Part shown: in pieces, positions 11,475 through 25,699 of the stretch | Layout of the letters: every line of letters starts with the position of its first letter | How positions within the stretch are numbered: the first letter of the stretch is position 1 | Assembly (NCBI GenBank): GCA_030704615.1 | Contig: CM060731.1 | Location: 69,006,001-69,070,000 of the forward strand | From: Takakia lepidozioides | Lineage: Eukaryota; Plantae; Bryophyta | Reading direction: 5' to 3' | DNA: 64,000 bases | Translations under genes and position numbers: made by a program | Notes under the pieces: generated by a model | Seen by the model: only the letters and a program-made list of their open reading frames with translations | What the model was told of the DNA's origin: nothing | The model's database searches: none

Positions 11475-12882
11475 CTTCCACAAGTCAGTTTCGTTCTTTT
11501 TTGCATTATCATTGTTTTTCGGCGGCTTCCCAATTGATGCATAAAAGCTTCTCAGGTGACCCAATTTTTCGCTAAAAGTTGTGTCAAACTTATGTGCTTT
11601 GTTCGGATCATTTTGAAGCTTGGAGAGCTTCACCAGTTGTAAGTACTATTTTGACCACACAATCATGGCCGGCCATTCTCCAAAGTAGTTTGTGAGCTGC
11701 TCGTCTGTATCCAAATCCTCAACAAGTTCCTACAGACACAATTCCATGTTGTAAAGATTTAATTCATTCGACGTCGACATTGATGTCGACGTTCAATTGA
11801 CTCGACGGTATCCTACTTCATTCTAATAGACGTCCATAGCATATAACGTCGACATGAATGTCGAGGTTCTAGACCAATTTCAAATCTACTTGCTGAATTC
11901 TAGAGTCAAGAGACAGATCTGGTTAGCAAGTACCTTGGCAGCCACAATCGTGTGTTGCCCTCCGATAATGAAAAATTTCGTCGATCTCCGCTGATCTCGT
12001 TGGTATCTTCTCACATACATCGTCCTCCTTCTTTGGATCAATTGGAGTGAGGTATACCGGATGTTGGGCATCCAGATGTCGGAGCTGCAGGAGTCTGGTT
12101 TTGACCTCATCTTTGTGCTTGAGGTTCAAAGGTCGGTAAACCATATGTTTAGGAGCAAGATTCATTCGCGATATCGGTATTTTGAAAGTTCTACTAAAAC
12201 CGAATGGAAGCATGTCTCATTCTACTAGATTTTTTGCCAGTTCTATTGACTTATCCTTGTCGTAAATGTCGGCTGTCTTGGGTCTCTTTACGTCGGGAGC
12301 AAAAGCTCGATCGATGGATTTCTTTGGTTTCCACTTCTTTGAGGATGATCCAGCACCTTCCTGATCTTGTTCTGTTACTGATGACCCTGCCGTAGACTTA
12401 CGTCTTCGTCTTGCTAGTGTTTCCGTTCTTTGTTCCATGTTTTCATTACCGGCTGCGAACAATACATCCTGAAAATGGCCCCAGGAGTGGATAAATGTTC
12501 TAGTATCTTGACCGATGTTGCTGTCTTCATTGAACTTGAATCTTTTTTTGATTGATTGTTTCATGAGGTTCTTGCGGACAGAATTTCCAGATGCTACGTA
12601 CCCGAATGTTTTTGGTACCCTTCCATCCTCAGCAACAAAGATCACCAGCATTGGAGATTGTATGTTCGTCTGGGTTTCCACTTCCTTCACGTATGCGTAC
12701 TTAAGCTCTGTAACATTGCTTCCCGCCTTGTACTGAAACCGGAGCTTGTGATCTGGAGGTTCCTCAGCGACTTCAATGCCCCATTCTTCTATGCTGCTCT
12801 TCAGTTTGTATATAGCTACATGCTCGGTCTTGTATCCCGGGGATCTGATAGATAAGAAATCCCCACAAATGTCTGCAGACAT
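11475..12882 (-). pseudogene. ParB/Srx-fold-like protein gene (TE-associated), disrupted
   Basis: IPISRM...YRPLN...V...HPVYLTP...FFIIGGQHTIVAAK resembles a ParB N-terminal domain. In-frame TGA at 12217, frameshift at about 12005, GT-AG intron at about 11730-11933. Confidence 0.6.
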
Positions 12883-13203
12883 TCCAGGTTGGCAGTCTTC
12901 GGGGGCCTGAGAACTGCAAAAGCCATATGTCCAATATTTGATCAGGAAAACACCTCGACATTAATGTCGACGTTAGAAAATGTTTATGATGTGACCATGA
13001 TATTTAATCACACTATCTTTTCCACATACAATGAAGGACAAACCAAATCCTACAAGGTTTGTAAGCTCAAATACATTGAAAAATCTTTGTAAATATCCAT
13101 CTTTCATTTACATCAGAGAGCAACTAAGATTTACAACACATTCCTCAACAATGAGACAACATTACTCAAATATCCAGAGACCAGTGTCTTCATCACAATA
13201 GAT

Positions 13204-13675
13204 TCAACCTAACCAAACAGGTTCCAAAAGAGGACTCATCTTTTGATCTTGACCTTGAGTTCCCGATAGCCCAAGAATCTCGGCATAGACGTTGTCCATG
13301 TGTAGCTCATATTCTTCGGGGTATGACATGCGTGGAACGTAAGTCTCTGGACTGTATGTTTCTGGACTGTAAATTTCTGGAACATATGTAGGGTAGAATA
13401 ACATGTATTCATATGGCCGTTGGATATTTCGTTTAGAGGAAGGAATGTAGTGTGGTGAGGCTGACATATATTCAGGGGAGGACGGATAATATCCAGGCGA
13501 GTCTGCTGCCTCTGAACCGGATGATGAGTAGGCTAATTTCAGGTGGTTCAATGAGGTCCGGAAGCTCGTATTCGGGAGTTCCGGGAATTGGGTAGAAATT
13601 CGATCGTTTCATCCTTTCCAGAATAATCACTCCTACACAACCACCTATGAACTGCCTCAGTTCATTGAAACACAA
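13204..13675 (-). pseudogene. Small Y/S/P-rich ORF with Pol II CTD-like heptads
   Basis: YYPSSPE-YMSASPH-YIPSSKR and YSPETYSPETY; frameshifted 5' part. Confidence 0.3.
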
Positions 13676-15069
13676 AATCTTGTTGATCCTACTTTTCCAA
13701 AGAATTGTTCTAAATTAACTCGACCTTGACATGAATGTCGACGTCCATTCGCAGAAGACCGTTTTCCTAAATTGCCTGTCCTGAGTAGACAGCCAGTGAC
13801 AGTTAGTTTCAACCTATCTCACATGACGCTTCATCATCTACTGAAATAACTGCAGTTAGATTTACGCTGCACTTAATATAACTCTATTGTTATATAGAGT
13901 TATATCAGAATCTTAACGTCGACATTAATGTCGAGGTTCTTCATCTATTGTTTATTGATTAACAATACTTGAGGTAATTGTAATCTTCAGTCCACGTAGA
14001 GTTGTGAAGAAAACTAATCTTATTGCATGAGAACGTTGACATTAATGTCGAGGTCCAATTCCCTCGTTGGACAGTCAACTAACGTGTTCATCCAAATTCT
14101 ATAAAAAAAACGTGAAATCTACAAATGCTATTACAGAAAGCTAATGTCTAGGCTTACCTCCCCCTCCTCGACACTAATATGAGAGTCCTGAACCTCGACA
14201 TTAATGTCCAGGAAGTTTAAAAGGTTCATCAGCAACATGGTTACGTACACTGGAAAACTGAGAGATGTTCAATTTATACAGGATGCCTCTAAACCTTGAC
14301 ATTCATGTCGAGGTTCCCTCCCCTTGTCGGACAGCTATAACAAAAGTGCTCATGTAGATGGTTGACAATATATGACACCCATACATGGGACCGAAACATC
14401 TACACCCATACTGGGGTCCCGAAATGCCTACATGCATTAATGTACCTCGACATCAATGTCAAAATTGTTTACAAAGAGAGTCGTCATGATGTCCACCTAC
14501 ATTGCACATTATGTTGACATTACAATAGACATACTTTGCAAAATCGGGCAACATTATGTCGAACTACATTGGAGAGATACTCCAAATTTACTCGAGATTT
14601 GTGTGTGTTTGTGATTTGCTTCAGGTGTGTGCATGTGTGTTTGCATTTTTAATTAATCCTAGGTGTGTGTGATTGTATGTTCTACTGATTTGCTCTAGGT
14701 GCGTTCATTGAGTTATATCTGGCCATGAGTCTGCTCCAACCTCACTCTCTTTAACCTGCAAACAAGGCAGACAACTGTCAATTGGTGGACCAATGAAATC
14801 AAACTAAAGAAATCCAAATCAAACTCAAACTCAAGATAATTCAAAACAAGTCATCTAATTATACATGCTGCAATGTGGAATTATGTTTGTACATCTATTT
14901 TATCTCTGCCCTGCTGGAATGTATTTGTTGCCCGTGCTGTTCCTATGCAGCTCCTGTTGCTCCTGTCCCTACTCAGCCTATTGGAGCTTAAATTGCAGGG
15001 CTAAGGTTCTGAAACCCTTATTTCAACAAGCACATGGACAAAGAGATAGAGAAGACACATGGGCAAAGA

Positions 15070-15106
<37 letters not shown>

Positions 15107-15649
15107 AACACATGGGCAACGAGAGAGAGAGAGAAGAAATTTGAAACTTGAAATCAACATTAAGAAACCATAAAATACTCAAGGCGCCTTTGAACATCAA
15201 ATAGACCTGAGAGGAACAGAAAATTGCAATTGCCCTTGTGTGTCATGAGTTCTTTCACCTGAGAGAAGCTCTCATCAAATCGGTCAAGGGTGTGTTTACA
15301 TCTTTGTTTACCAACATTCAATGTCAAGACTCCCTCCTTTACTCCCCTCTCCCTCCTTCTCTCTTTCTCTCAGGGCACAAATCCCACCTTAGAACATCAA
15401 ACAAAAGTTGAGAGGAAATGAATATGCAATTACCTCTGAGCCCGCACGTCGTCCTCCCCTGCGCACAGATGTCTCAGGTAGCCCGCCCTCTAGCTCCCAC
15501 TCCAGCTCCCTCTCTTCCCCCGCCGCGCGGCTCGCCCCTGTCGCTCTGCCCTCTCCCTCACAACACCTCGCAGCAGCTCCTCTCTCACAAATTGCTATCC
15601 CGTTGCAGCTCCTCTCCATCCTCCTCCCGTCCCCTTTGCTGTGCGGTAC

Positions 15650-16560
15650 GTGCGCCATTGGATCGTCAAGATCCAACGGCTCAGACAAACCAACAAACAA
15701 AAAACAAAAAAATCCACCCAACCCCGCGTCCGTTGGATCTTCAAAATCCAATAGCTGCAGCGCCACGCAGGGCAGCCACTCCGCGATCCGTTGGATCTGG
15801 AGATCCAACGGTTTCAACCAACAGCCGAAAAAAAAACACACATTTAAATTTGGGAGGGTGGCGGCGGCGGCGGCTAGGGTTATGGAGGGGGGCGAAGTGG
15901 CGCTCCGTTAGGGAAACCTCCCGAGCTCGCTCCACTGAATCTGAAAAAAAAAAAAAAAATCCATGGCACCTCGCCCCATGGCCTGGCGCTGCAGAATGCC
16001 CACGAGCCACATTACACACGAGCGGGTAGGCGCCATACGCTGGCGTGGGCCCACGAGGCGAGGCGCGTCAATAGACGCCGCCACCCACCAAAATAAAAAC
16101 AAAAAAAACCAATGTTTGGCGCTTCGCCACGTGGCGCCTGCCCGTCGTGCAGAACGTGGCAGGCCAGAGCTCGTGCGTGCGGGCTGTACCGCCTGGCCGC
16201 GCGGCGACGCGCCGAGCGTGCGGCTGCCACCAACCCAAAAAAAACAAAACAAAAAAACCAATGTTTGGCGCTTCGCCATGTGGCGTCTGCCAGTGCGTGT
16301 GGAACGTGGCAGGCCAGGGCGCGCACGTGCAGGCTGTACCGCCTGGCCGCGCGGCGACGCGCTGAGAGTGCGGCCGAAATCCCCAAAACAATAATAATAA
16401 ATAAAATAAAATAAAATTACGCCTCGCCACGTGGCGCCTTCCCCGCGTGTGCGGAAACTGGCCGTGCGGCTGTAGCGCCTGGCCAAGTGCGCCGAGCTTG
16501 CGGCCTGGCGTGGGCCCACGAGGCCTGGCGCTGTCAGCAGGCGCCGCCACGAAAACAAAA
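15650..16560. repeat. GC-rich region with CCGTTGGATC-Nx-GATCCAACGG inverted repeats and tandem units of about 150 bp containing GCCACGTGGC
   Basis: Inverted repeats at about 15655, 15730 and 15788; units at about 16105-16225, 16255-16373 and a partial unit at 16420-16500. The same inverted motif recurs at about 23454, 23712 and 23997. Confidence 0.7.
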
Positions 16561-17235
16561 AACACAAACAAAAAACATATTCAAAAACATGGCGCACTTT
16601 AACATTTCAATTGCTTCATATTACCTTGCTATTAATATATATTCTAGCAACGACCGAAGGTCGGAAGCTAGTTTAGTGTAGAGCAGGAATAGGGTGCCAT
16701 AGTGCCACGTTTTCGTCGCCAAATTTCATCAATCTGCCCGGACTGCCCTCCCGAAATACGCCAATAGAAATTGCCGCACCAACGTTTTCGGAACTGCCCG
16801 AAATGCCTGGATCTTGATCTTCTTGATCTGCGTTTTCCGCCCATTGTTCACCTTGCAAGTTGCAAGCTCTCAACGAATTGAGGAAATCTATGCTGAGCTG
16901 AAGACTTGCTGAAGAGATTGTCTTGGCAGCTGAAGGATCAAGCAAATGATGGGGAAGGGTGTCGCTTTTTCTTAATGTACGATCTGAAGAAGTTTGTATA
17001 TCCTTTAAAGGTGGGCTTTTGGCTCCTGTCAGTACCATGATTTGGTATTCTTCCTGATGTTTGCAAGGTTCTTGGGAGAGTCAGCTTGGTCTTAGCAGGC
17101 CGTGTTCAATCTCTACCTGCTCAGATGCACCGTGGTGGTTCTCATAGATCAATCCGTGAGTCAAAATCATGGTCGTGCAGGTTGAGTGGAGGTGGTAGAT
17201 GACTTCATGAACAAAATGCCAATCGAACCAGCTGC

Positions 17236-19255
17236 TTGGTGGGACAAATGAGGCAAAAAGGTGAATGCCTGCAGATTACCAGATATCATTCTAAAGGCTG
17301 CACACACAAGAGGTTCTTTAGGGTTGATGTTCGGTGAAATCCTCCATGGGTCATGACACAAGGTCACGGACAATGTGGTGAGTGCACCTTCTTCTTCAAC
17401 CTATTTCTGTCTGTTTTACCCTCTCATCAGACTCGGCCTTGAGATGCATATTGAACTCTGTAAGTTAGCTCGTTGGGTGGATGTGTGGTGGTTAAGAGTG
17501 ACTTTGACAAGTTACTGCTGATGTGGCAGCAGGCAAGTATCCAAAAATAGATCACACCTTCTTCAACACATTTCACCTTGTTTTCCCCTCTTATCAGAAT
17601 CTGCCCTACATTTCCATGTTGAATTAAGTGAACCTTTGGTAGTTTGGAGTGACTTTGACATGATACTGCCAATGTGACACAGAAAAGTATCCAAAAACAG
17701 GTAAACAGAGATGAGGAGAAGCTGTGGGATAAATACTTTTTTGACCCCAGCCAATGGTGGGACAAACGAGGCAAAAAGGTGAATGCCTACAGATTACCAG
17801 ATGTCATTCTGAAGGCTTCAGGCACAAGCTGCACACACACAAGGTCCTTTAGGGTTGATGTTCGGTCAAATCCTCCATGGGTCATGACAAAAGGTCAAGG
17901 ACAATGTGGTGAGGGCACCTTCTTCTTCAACCTATTTCTGTCTGTTTTACCCTCTCATCAGATTCGGCCCTAAGATGCATATTGAACTCTGTAAGTTAGC
18001 TCGTTGGGTGGATCTGTGGTGGTTAGGAGTGATTTTGACAAGTTACTGCCGATGTGGCAGTAGGAAAGTATTCAATAACAGATAACACAGATGAGGAGAA
18101 GGCACTTTCTTCAACACATTTCATCCTGTTTTCCCCTCTTATCAGAATCTGCCCTAAATTTCCATGTTGAATTCTGCAAGTTATTAGCTGTGAGTGAACC
18201 TTTAATGGTAGTTTGGAGTGACTTTGACATGATACTACCAATGTGACATAGGAAAGTATCCAAAAACATGTAAACAGAGATGAGGAGAAAATGTGGGATG
18301 AATACCTTTCTGACCCCAGCCAATGGTGGGACAACCAAGACAAAAAGGTGAATGCATGTTAGATTACCAGATGTCATTCTGAATGCTGCAGACTCGGCCC
18401 TGAGATGCATATTGAATTCTGTAAGTTAGTTCGTTGGGTGGATCTGTGGTGGTTAAGAGTGACTTTAACAAGTTACTGCCAATGTGGCAGCAGGAAAGTA
18501 ACCAAAAACAGATAACATGGATGAGGAGAAGGCACCTTTTTTACACATTTCACCCTGTTTTCCCCTCTTATCATAATCTGTCCTAAATTTCCATGTTGAA
18601 TTCTGCATGTTAGCTGGTTGAGTGAACCTTTAGTAGTTTGGAGTGACTTTGACATGATACAGCCTATGTGACAACAGGAAAGTATCCAAATTAAACAGGT
18701 AACAGAGATGAGGAGAAGCTGTGGTATGAATACTTTTCTGACCCCAGTCAATGGTGGGACAATCGAGGCAAAAAGGTGAATGCCTGTCAGATTACCAGAT
18801 GACATTCTGAACGCTGCAGACACAAGTTGCACACACAAGAGGTCCTTGTTTTACCCTCTCATCAGACTCAGCCCTGAGATGCATATTGAATTCTGTAAGT
18901 TAGTTCATTGGGTGGATCTGTGGTGGTTAAGAGTGAGTTTGACAAGTTACTGCTGATGTGGCAGCAGGAAAGTATCCAAAAACAGATAACATAGATGAGG
19001 AGAAGCTCGTTGGTCGATCTATGGTGTTTTGTAGTGATTTTGATATGTTACTGTAGGTAGGGTTGGGGTGTTTGCTGGAAGAACTTCATGCTGTCAGTCT
19101 CAGCTGCTAGCAGCAAGGCTGAGGTTGTTTTCCCTCTTATCAGAATGGGCCCTAAATTTCCATGTTGAATTCTGCAAGTTAGCTAGTTGAGTGAACCTTT
19201 GATAGTTTGGAGTGACTTTGACATGATACTGCCAATGTGACAACAGGGAAGTACC
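17236..19255 (+). repeat. Tandem array of about 4 units (430-570 bp), each with a degenerate OSB 'PDF'-motif-like coding segment
   Basis: TGGTGGGACAA recurs at about 17237, 17755, 18324 and 18752. Translation LWDKYFFDPSQWWDKRGKKVN..LPD...SNPPWV resembles the OSB PDF motif. Confidence 0.7.
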
Positions 19256-20180
19256 TCAACCATGACCACAGCTTCTGAAAGAGGATCAAGAGAGGGAGTC
19301 CACAATGCCTCTTTTGGCACTTCTGGGATGTAAAGATACTTTGTGCGGCAGGCAGACTAACAGAGGCTCTACAGACTCTAAACCAACCTGGAGGCATTTC
19401 AACAGATGCAGATATGTATGTCTGTCTCTTGTTTAAGTGCATCAAGATGGCAGGTCTGGAAGCTGGAAAGCAGGTGCACACTCACATTATCCAAAGTGGA
19501 TTCACGCCAAATGTTTTCCTACTCAACACCCTTGTCAACATGTATGTCAAGTGCGGGAGCATCACGGATGCTCACCAAGTGTTCAATAGAATGCCCAACA
19601 ATCTTTGATCAGGTGGAATATAATGTTGGCAGGATTTACTGAGCATGGGTGTGGTAGGATTAATGCTTTGGAGACCTATGAGCAAATGTTGCGTGAAGGG
19701 GTGAAGCCCTACCACATCACGTTTGTTTGTGTTTGCAATGCGTGTGCAAGCCTGGGGGCTCTGGAAAAGGGGAAAGAGGTCCACGGTAACATCGTCAAAG
19801 CTGGAATTGTACCAGATGTCATCTTGAACACTACCCTGGTGGACATGTTTGCCAAATGTGGGTGCATTAAGGATGCGAAGGGAGTTTTTAACACTCTGGC
19901 TGAACAAGACGTGGTGTCGTGGAGACTGCCCTTGTGGTCATGTATGCCAAATGTGGAAGCATGAAGGATGCATGTCAAATATGGTAGGGAGGCTCTCCAT
20001 GTATTTGAACACATGCAACAGGAAGGGTGAATGGTATCACCTTTGTATGTCTTCTATTGGCATGTAATCACGGGGGCCTACTGGATGAAGGCCAACATTA
20101 TTTTGATTCTAGTCGAGATCATGGGCTCGATGCTACTGTGGAACATTATGGCTGCATGGTGGACCTTTTTTGCCGTGCAT
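19256..20180 (+). pseudogene. PLS-class pentatricopeptide repeat pseudogene
   Basis: GKQVHTHIIQSGFTPNVFLLNTLVNMYVKCG; NACASLGALEKGKEVH...DMFAKCG; ACNHGGLLDEG...VEHYGCMVDL. Several frameshifts. Confidence 0.9.
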
Positions 20181-21894
20181 GGTGGAATCTGAACGTTGCT
20201 TTGTTACCATCCACAACGGATTTCCTCCAGGAGTATGCAGGTGCAACTCCTACCCTAAATCCTCTCGTGGACACTTGCATGCCAACTGCAAATGGCATCT
20301 TCTTGAAATTGCATGCATCACAAGAGAGACTCATCTACATTGTTTTTCACATACAATTTTTAGCCAATGTGGTAGTTTGGATTGTCATTTATCTCCCTTC
20401 TTTGCGGCAGTCATTGTGCTATTGCAGGGCATGGGGATGATGTTGGGTGTGATGGGGCACCATCCGTTTCAAGAAGCAATAGGTTTATGTTCTCCCACTG
20501 TGTGTAAGCTCAAATATGTGGTGACCGAGTAGCCTAGCTACAGAGTGCAAGTGATTTGATGGTTCATGGGGTAGAGAGGCATCAGACCTGTAAGCCAATG
20601 CACAGGCAATACTATATGCATCAAGCTCATTTTGGAAACTATTCTGCTTCACAAATAGTTAAACCTTATGAAATGCTTCCTCCAGCTTACATCAAGTGGC
20701 TTGCATGTGGGAAGTTGTGAGATGAAAAGATGAAATGGGTGGTTCTTTTTTCAGAGCCAGGATATTTGTGGTGACGGCAAGTGGATTTTTCCATGGGTGG
20801 TGCATCATTGTGGGTCCGGGATAGGAGGGCACGTGCACATTGGAGCGTGAATGTGCCCTCTTGAGAAGCACTTCTGATCAGATCTCTGCATTATAATAGC
20901 ATACAAGGTAAATATGCGATAACACTTCACTACCGAGAGTAAATTTGATGCAAGGTGGGAGGACTGGAGGTTTCAATAGAATGTCATGCACTGCTTGGAT
21001 CATATTTATTCACTAGACTTGAAGTCCAAGTATATGTCTGCACATACCAGCTCGCAAGCGCTTACACCCTTTTGGAGATGTTAAAGTAGACTTGTGCATT
21101 CACCACGCACAGGTTGATAGCCAGAGTTCAATCCATTTCCTGAGTAGGGGCAGCCTGTTACCTGTCATTGGTGCAATCCTTCTTCACTCTGTCAGTCACA
21201 GAATTGCATCTTTGCAGCGGCATAGCAGTTCCTCAGAGGTACACCTTAGTCGCCATGAGCTTAACACAGGGTATTCGAGTCCGCGCAGGCCTAGAGCTGT
21301 CATGGGTATCAACAATCAGGACAAAGAAGTGACTACAAGCATATTTCTGAGGATTTCTTAGTAGGCCCATTGACTAGATGTGATCTTGACCCTCAACCAG
21401 CAACTTGCTTATATCTGTAGATGTCTTCACATTGCAGAAAATGCACAAAGTTTGTGGGCATGATAAATGCTTGGCAAATGCCATATAAGATTAAGCCCCG
21501 AATCCAATTTACATTTTGTAACAAAGTGTATCAGGCTCTCTTCTCTGCATGCCACATCAGATATAGGCTGGTTGCACCTGTGATTCTGTACTTGACATCA
21601 CCTACATTATGCACCAAGCGTCACTGTTTTGGAGAATGGTTGGTGTCTTTGTTTTCTTTCTCTCTCTCTCTCTCTTTGTGTTCCACGCATAAGACGTTTG
21701 CTGTAGCATTGTGGCAATAGACCCCATAGCCAGTTTGGGCGGAACAGAGACTACATGAGCACATTCTCTCTCTCCATGCCCACATGGTGGCCTACTAAAT
21801 GGATGAACTTGAAGATAAATGTCTCTCTGTGAGTTCAACATGATGTGTTGTGGACCACACTACAATCAGCCTTTATGACACTATTCTTGTTGCA

Positions 21895-22128
21895 ACACGT
21901 GGTCCACTGGACCGGCCCACATGAATAAGGATTGCTCTAGGGGCAGCAAGGGGGCTGGATTACTTGCATGAGGACTCTCAGCCTTGTGTGATCCACAAAG
22001 ATTTTAAGGTATCTAATATTTTGTTGAAGTATAACTTCAATGTCAAGGTAGCAGATTTTGGACTTGCTAAGTTGGCACCTGAAGGCCAGAGCCATTATGT
22101 ATCAATGCATGTGATGGGCACTTTTGGG
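21895..22128 (+). pseudogene. Receptor-like kinase exon fragment (subdomains VIa-VIII)
   Basis: [32 protein letters not shown]...VADFGLAK...VMGTFG; an isolated exon. Confidence 0.85.
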
Positions 22129-25100
22129 TATGTTACATGCTACTGCCAACCAACATAGTTCTGGCAATGCACTTGTATCAGCCTTTCCCTTAACACACTA
22201 TCCTTAACCGATTATCTTACCGGGGATCCCTGAAAGCAAACGTCTCCAGGAAGGTAGGGTATTATCCAGAAGGTAGCTCTTTTGCATTGATCACCACCAA
22301 GTTCCCATTAGTTTTGAACTTCCATAAACGGCCAATTACTCACTACACTACAGAGCAGTTAAAACAGTTACTATAATAATTTAATCAGAATTGGCTATTG
22401 GAAGCCTGTTTGACCAGTCCTAGCTGGATTTCCTCTCATAGGCCGCCTGGACAATGTTATTATGTCACTTATTTAGCCAGAACTAATAGCCACAATGCAA
22501 AGATAATTGGGACATATCAGCCCCAATTAATGCTATAAACCACCAAACTTAGTTAGCTTGAGAAAAATCCATCTTTGCCAAGCCCAACGTCCTGGATGAA
22601 TTGCAAAACGATGAAGGATTTCACCACACCCTGAGCACTAGAAGACATGGGCACGTTGGAAACCCTTGCACATAGATGACATGGAGGTGAGAGTCAAGCC
22701 TAGATAGCTTCTACCACAATGGATGACTATTAATTCACATTTAGCATTATGATGAACGCCGGAACAAATATGCATTAAATAAAAAACAACCAAGTTTTTT
22801 CATGAAACCGTGACATTAAATCAAAATCCAAACGATTTGAAACCTAAACCAAGTGAAAATAAATATGAAAAGATATCATATAAACAACATTTATAAACAA
22901 AATCTACTTGTTGTATCAAACGAGCCAAAGTCATTATACCGGTCAAATTAATATAAAATGAAACAAGCCTCAAATTGCAATGGGCTCTCTTGCTTTGGCA
23001 AAACGTAAGAGGAAGGGAAAACTAGGGAGCATGATTCAGCATACCACAACAATCATAGGCTTGACACAGTGTAAGGTCCTTTGACCATATTTTCTCCGTT
23101 TTAGCATGATGCGTAGTCTCTCTACAAGACAGCCAATAAATGTTCATCTGTTCATAAAACTTGAATATAGCCCATCTATCTGGACGTTGTTATCAGAAGT
23201 CGTTGCTAGTAGTGCAGAGCAACGCGAAGCCCTAGTACTATAAGTAATGCATGCAGAATGTGATGTGTAGTTCGATGGTAAGCTTCCCTCTGTTTGGTTT
23301 CCTATACAGGAGGAGCTGTATAATTACTCTTATGCAGGTAATTTTGCCTTGTTTTGCACTTTCAACCTATAATAAGATATAGAAAGTAGATAATATGTAA
23401 CTAGAAAATAGAAAAATTAGAAATAGGGTATAAAAATAAGCAGTATGTCCCATCCGTTGGATCTCTACGATCCAACGGCTTCCCCGCCCTCGAAAAAAAA
23501 AACCAAAAAATCAAAAATCAGCTGCTAAGGGTTCTGTCGAACCTCGACGCACACGCCGATGTCTTCACTATTGAGCCCGCCACAACAAATAACCCCAACC
23601 GCCGTTGAGATGCACATTCAGGTAAAATAAATGGTCGATAATAAATAATAGCTAAGTGGAAAATAAGCAAATAGTATAATGGAATTAATAAGAAATCGTG
23701 GGTCCTCCCATCCGTTGGATCCTTGGCATTCACTGCGATCCAACGGCTCCCCGCTTCCCCAAAAATATATAAAAAAGAAGAATAACAATCGGCTGCGGAT
23801 GGTCACGTCGAACTTCGGCACACATGTCGAGGTCTTTGCAATCAAATGACTTTCGCCCGCCCAAAAACAAAAGACCAAAAAAGAAAATAAACGTGTTTGA
23901 CCTAACCCGTGGTTGAGAGTTAGGTCAAATGACGCTCCATCACAAAATAAAGGTAGGGTTTATGGCGGAGCCTTGGGGTTAGGTCAAACCTCACTGCCGT
24001 TGGATCGCGATAAGCCAATAGCAGAGATCTTGGCGATCGAACGGACGGTGTGCGGTTTAACTCCGCGATGCGCCCACGTCCTCCGTTCGATCGTCAAGAT
24101 CATTTGACGCGTCGCGGGCTCTCTACGTCCGTCAGATTTGTGACAGTCCTAATCAACGGTTGGAGCACTTGATCCATGTGGTGTATTCTTAATCATTTGC
24201 CTTGGCGCATTAACAGCGCCCTGACCACCGCCAGATCTGTTGGCATCTTTTTTGTGTACCTTTGCATCAGCCAATATTCTCATGAGTATTTGCCTTAAGC
24301 TTTAGGGTTTACCAAAGCATCTGTTCATGTACAGACACAAGTTCATCGTGTAGTCACATTATGTTCAAGCACAATAGTGTTTGTTTTAGGTTTTAGAGAT
24401 TTCAAGGTTTGCTTAATTTCTATTATTTTTCACCGTTACATACCTTAATCTCCCTACATTTTTACAACTATCATCCATGCCTCATCCACTTGGATGATTT
24501 ATTCATCCATTTTTTATTCATCCATAGTAACGTCGACATTAGTATCAAGGTCTGGCGGATTGTTGTTTAAATACAAGCTAAAGTCTCATACTTGACCTTC
24601 ACTCTGTCCCACATCACATCAAATACCTTAAAATACCTACTAGTGCATCTGAATATGATAACATGTCTTCTTCTTCACTTGGTTTTTTTTTTTTTTTTTT
24701 TTTTTTTTTCCTCTTTGGGTCTTCATTAACATATTTACCTGATTTATTGAATGACTATTAGGATATCCAGTAAAGGCTGCTATTTTTTTTCTATCCATCT
24801 TTATCCGTCGAGACTAAAGAACGTCGACATTCATATCGATGTTCTATTCTTTATATCATTTCTTATTTTTCTTGGTCCTCATCGACACATCCACATGACA
24901 TATTCTAATTCTCTTAATATTTCTTCCTCGGTCGGAGTTTTCTTTCTTTCTATCTCTTAATTAGGATATTCAGCTACAGTCCTTCTACTTTTCCTATTTA
25001 TCTCTATTAGTAGAGACTAAGGAACGTTGACATTCATTTCGACGTTCTGTCTTTTCTTGCAATGGATTCCTTATCATCTTGTCTCCAAATCTTCCTCTGT

Positions 25101-25699
25101 CACAAAACGTCGAGGGTTGAAGTTGCAACTGGCATTTGCCTGAATGTGACTAGTGAAGGTCAGTGTCATGAGCGTCCATTGACCTCATCAACAATTACTG
25201 TGATAATCACTACATTTGAGAATGACTATGGGACGATGCATGTCATGTGGGATTTGTGTGACATCTCTTTGGACTATCCTACCTCTAGTCCAGAATGTCC
25301 TTTCTCGTCCGAAGATGGAGATGGATCAAAAGAATCCGTGGATGGAGAAAATCCTCAGAGCCCTCTTGGAAGAAGTAATTGGAGAATTCATATGTGTATC
25401 CTCTTAACGGAAGAAGACGGTGACATCTACGATGGAAGAATATACGCATGCATTCCGGACGAGGTGGTACTTTGTGACAAACTCCAGGAGGACTATGTTG
25501 GTGTTCTCATTATCAGGGTGCAAAATTCTTGCAAAATGGAAGGTTGCTTTTAGAAGATATACAAAATTTCTACAGCTCCGAGATGGCTAGTGAGCCGGAG
25601 GATGATGAGTGTGGTATAAGGAAGGCTCCTTACAGGCATTTTCGTAGATCCAAAAGAGGTGTTGCTTTGGATGAGTCTAGGAAATAAAAAAGGTTACTC

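Noticed and set aside
11770-14466. Palindromic repeats read as a CRISPR array
   Set aside because: Spacing is irregular (tens of bp to over 1 kb), there are no uniform spacers or cas genes, and the context is eukaryotic with introns.
15389-16597. Several overlapping 100-230 aa ORFs
   Set aside because: They are by-products of GC-rich repeats and A-tracts, with no protein motifs.
20530-21000. Possible E+/DYW deaminase remnants downstream of the PPR pseudogene
   Set aside because: No convincing HxE or CxxC motif could be reconstructed.
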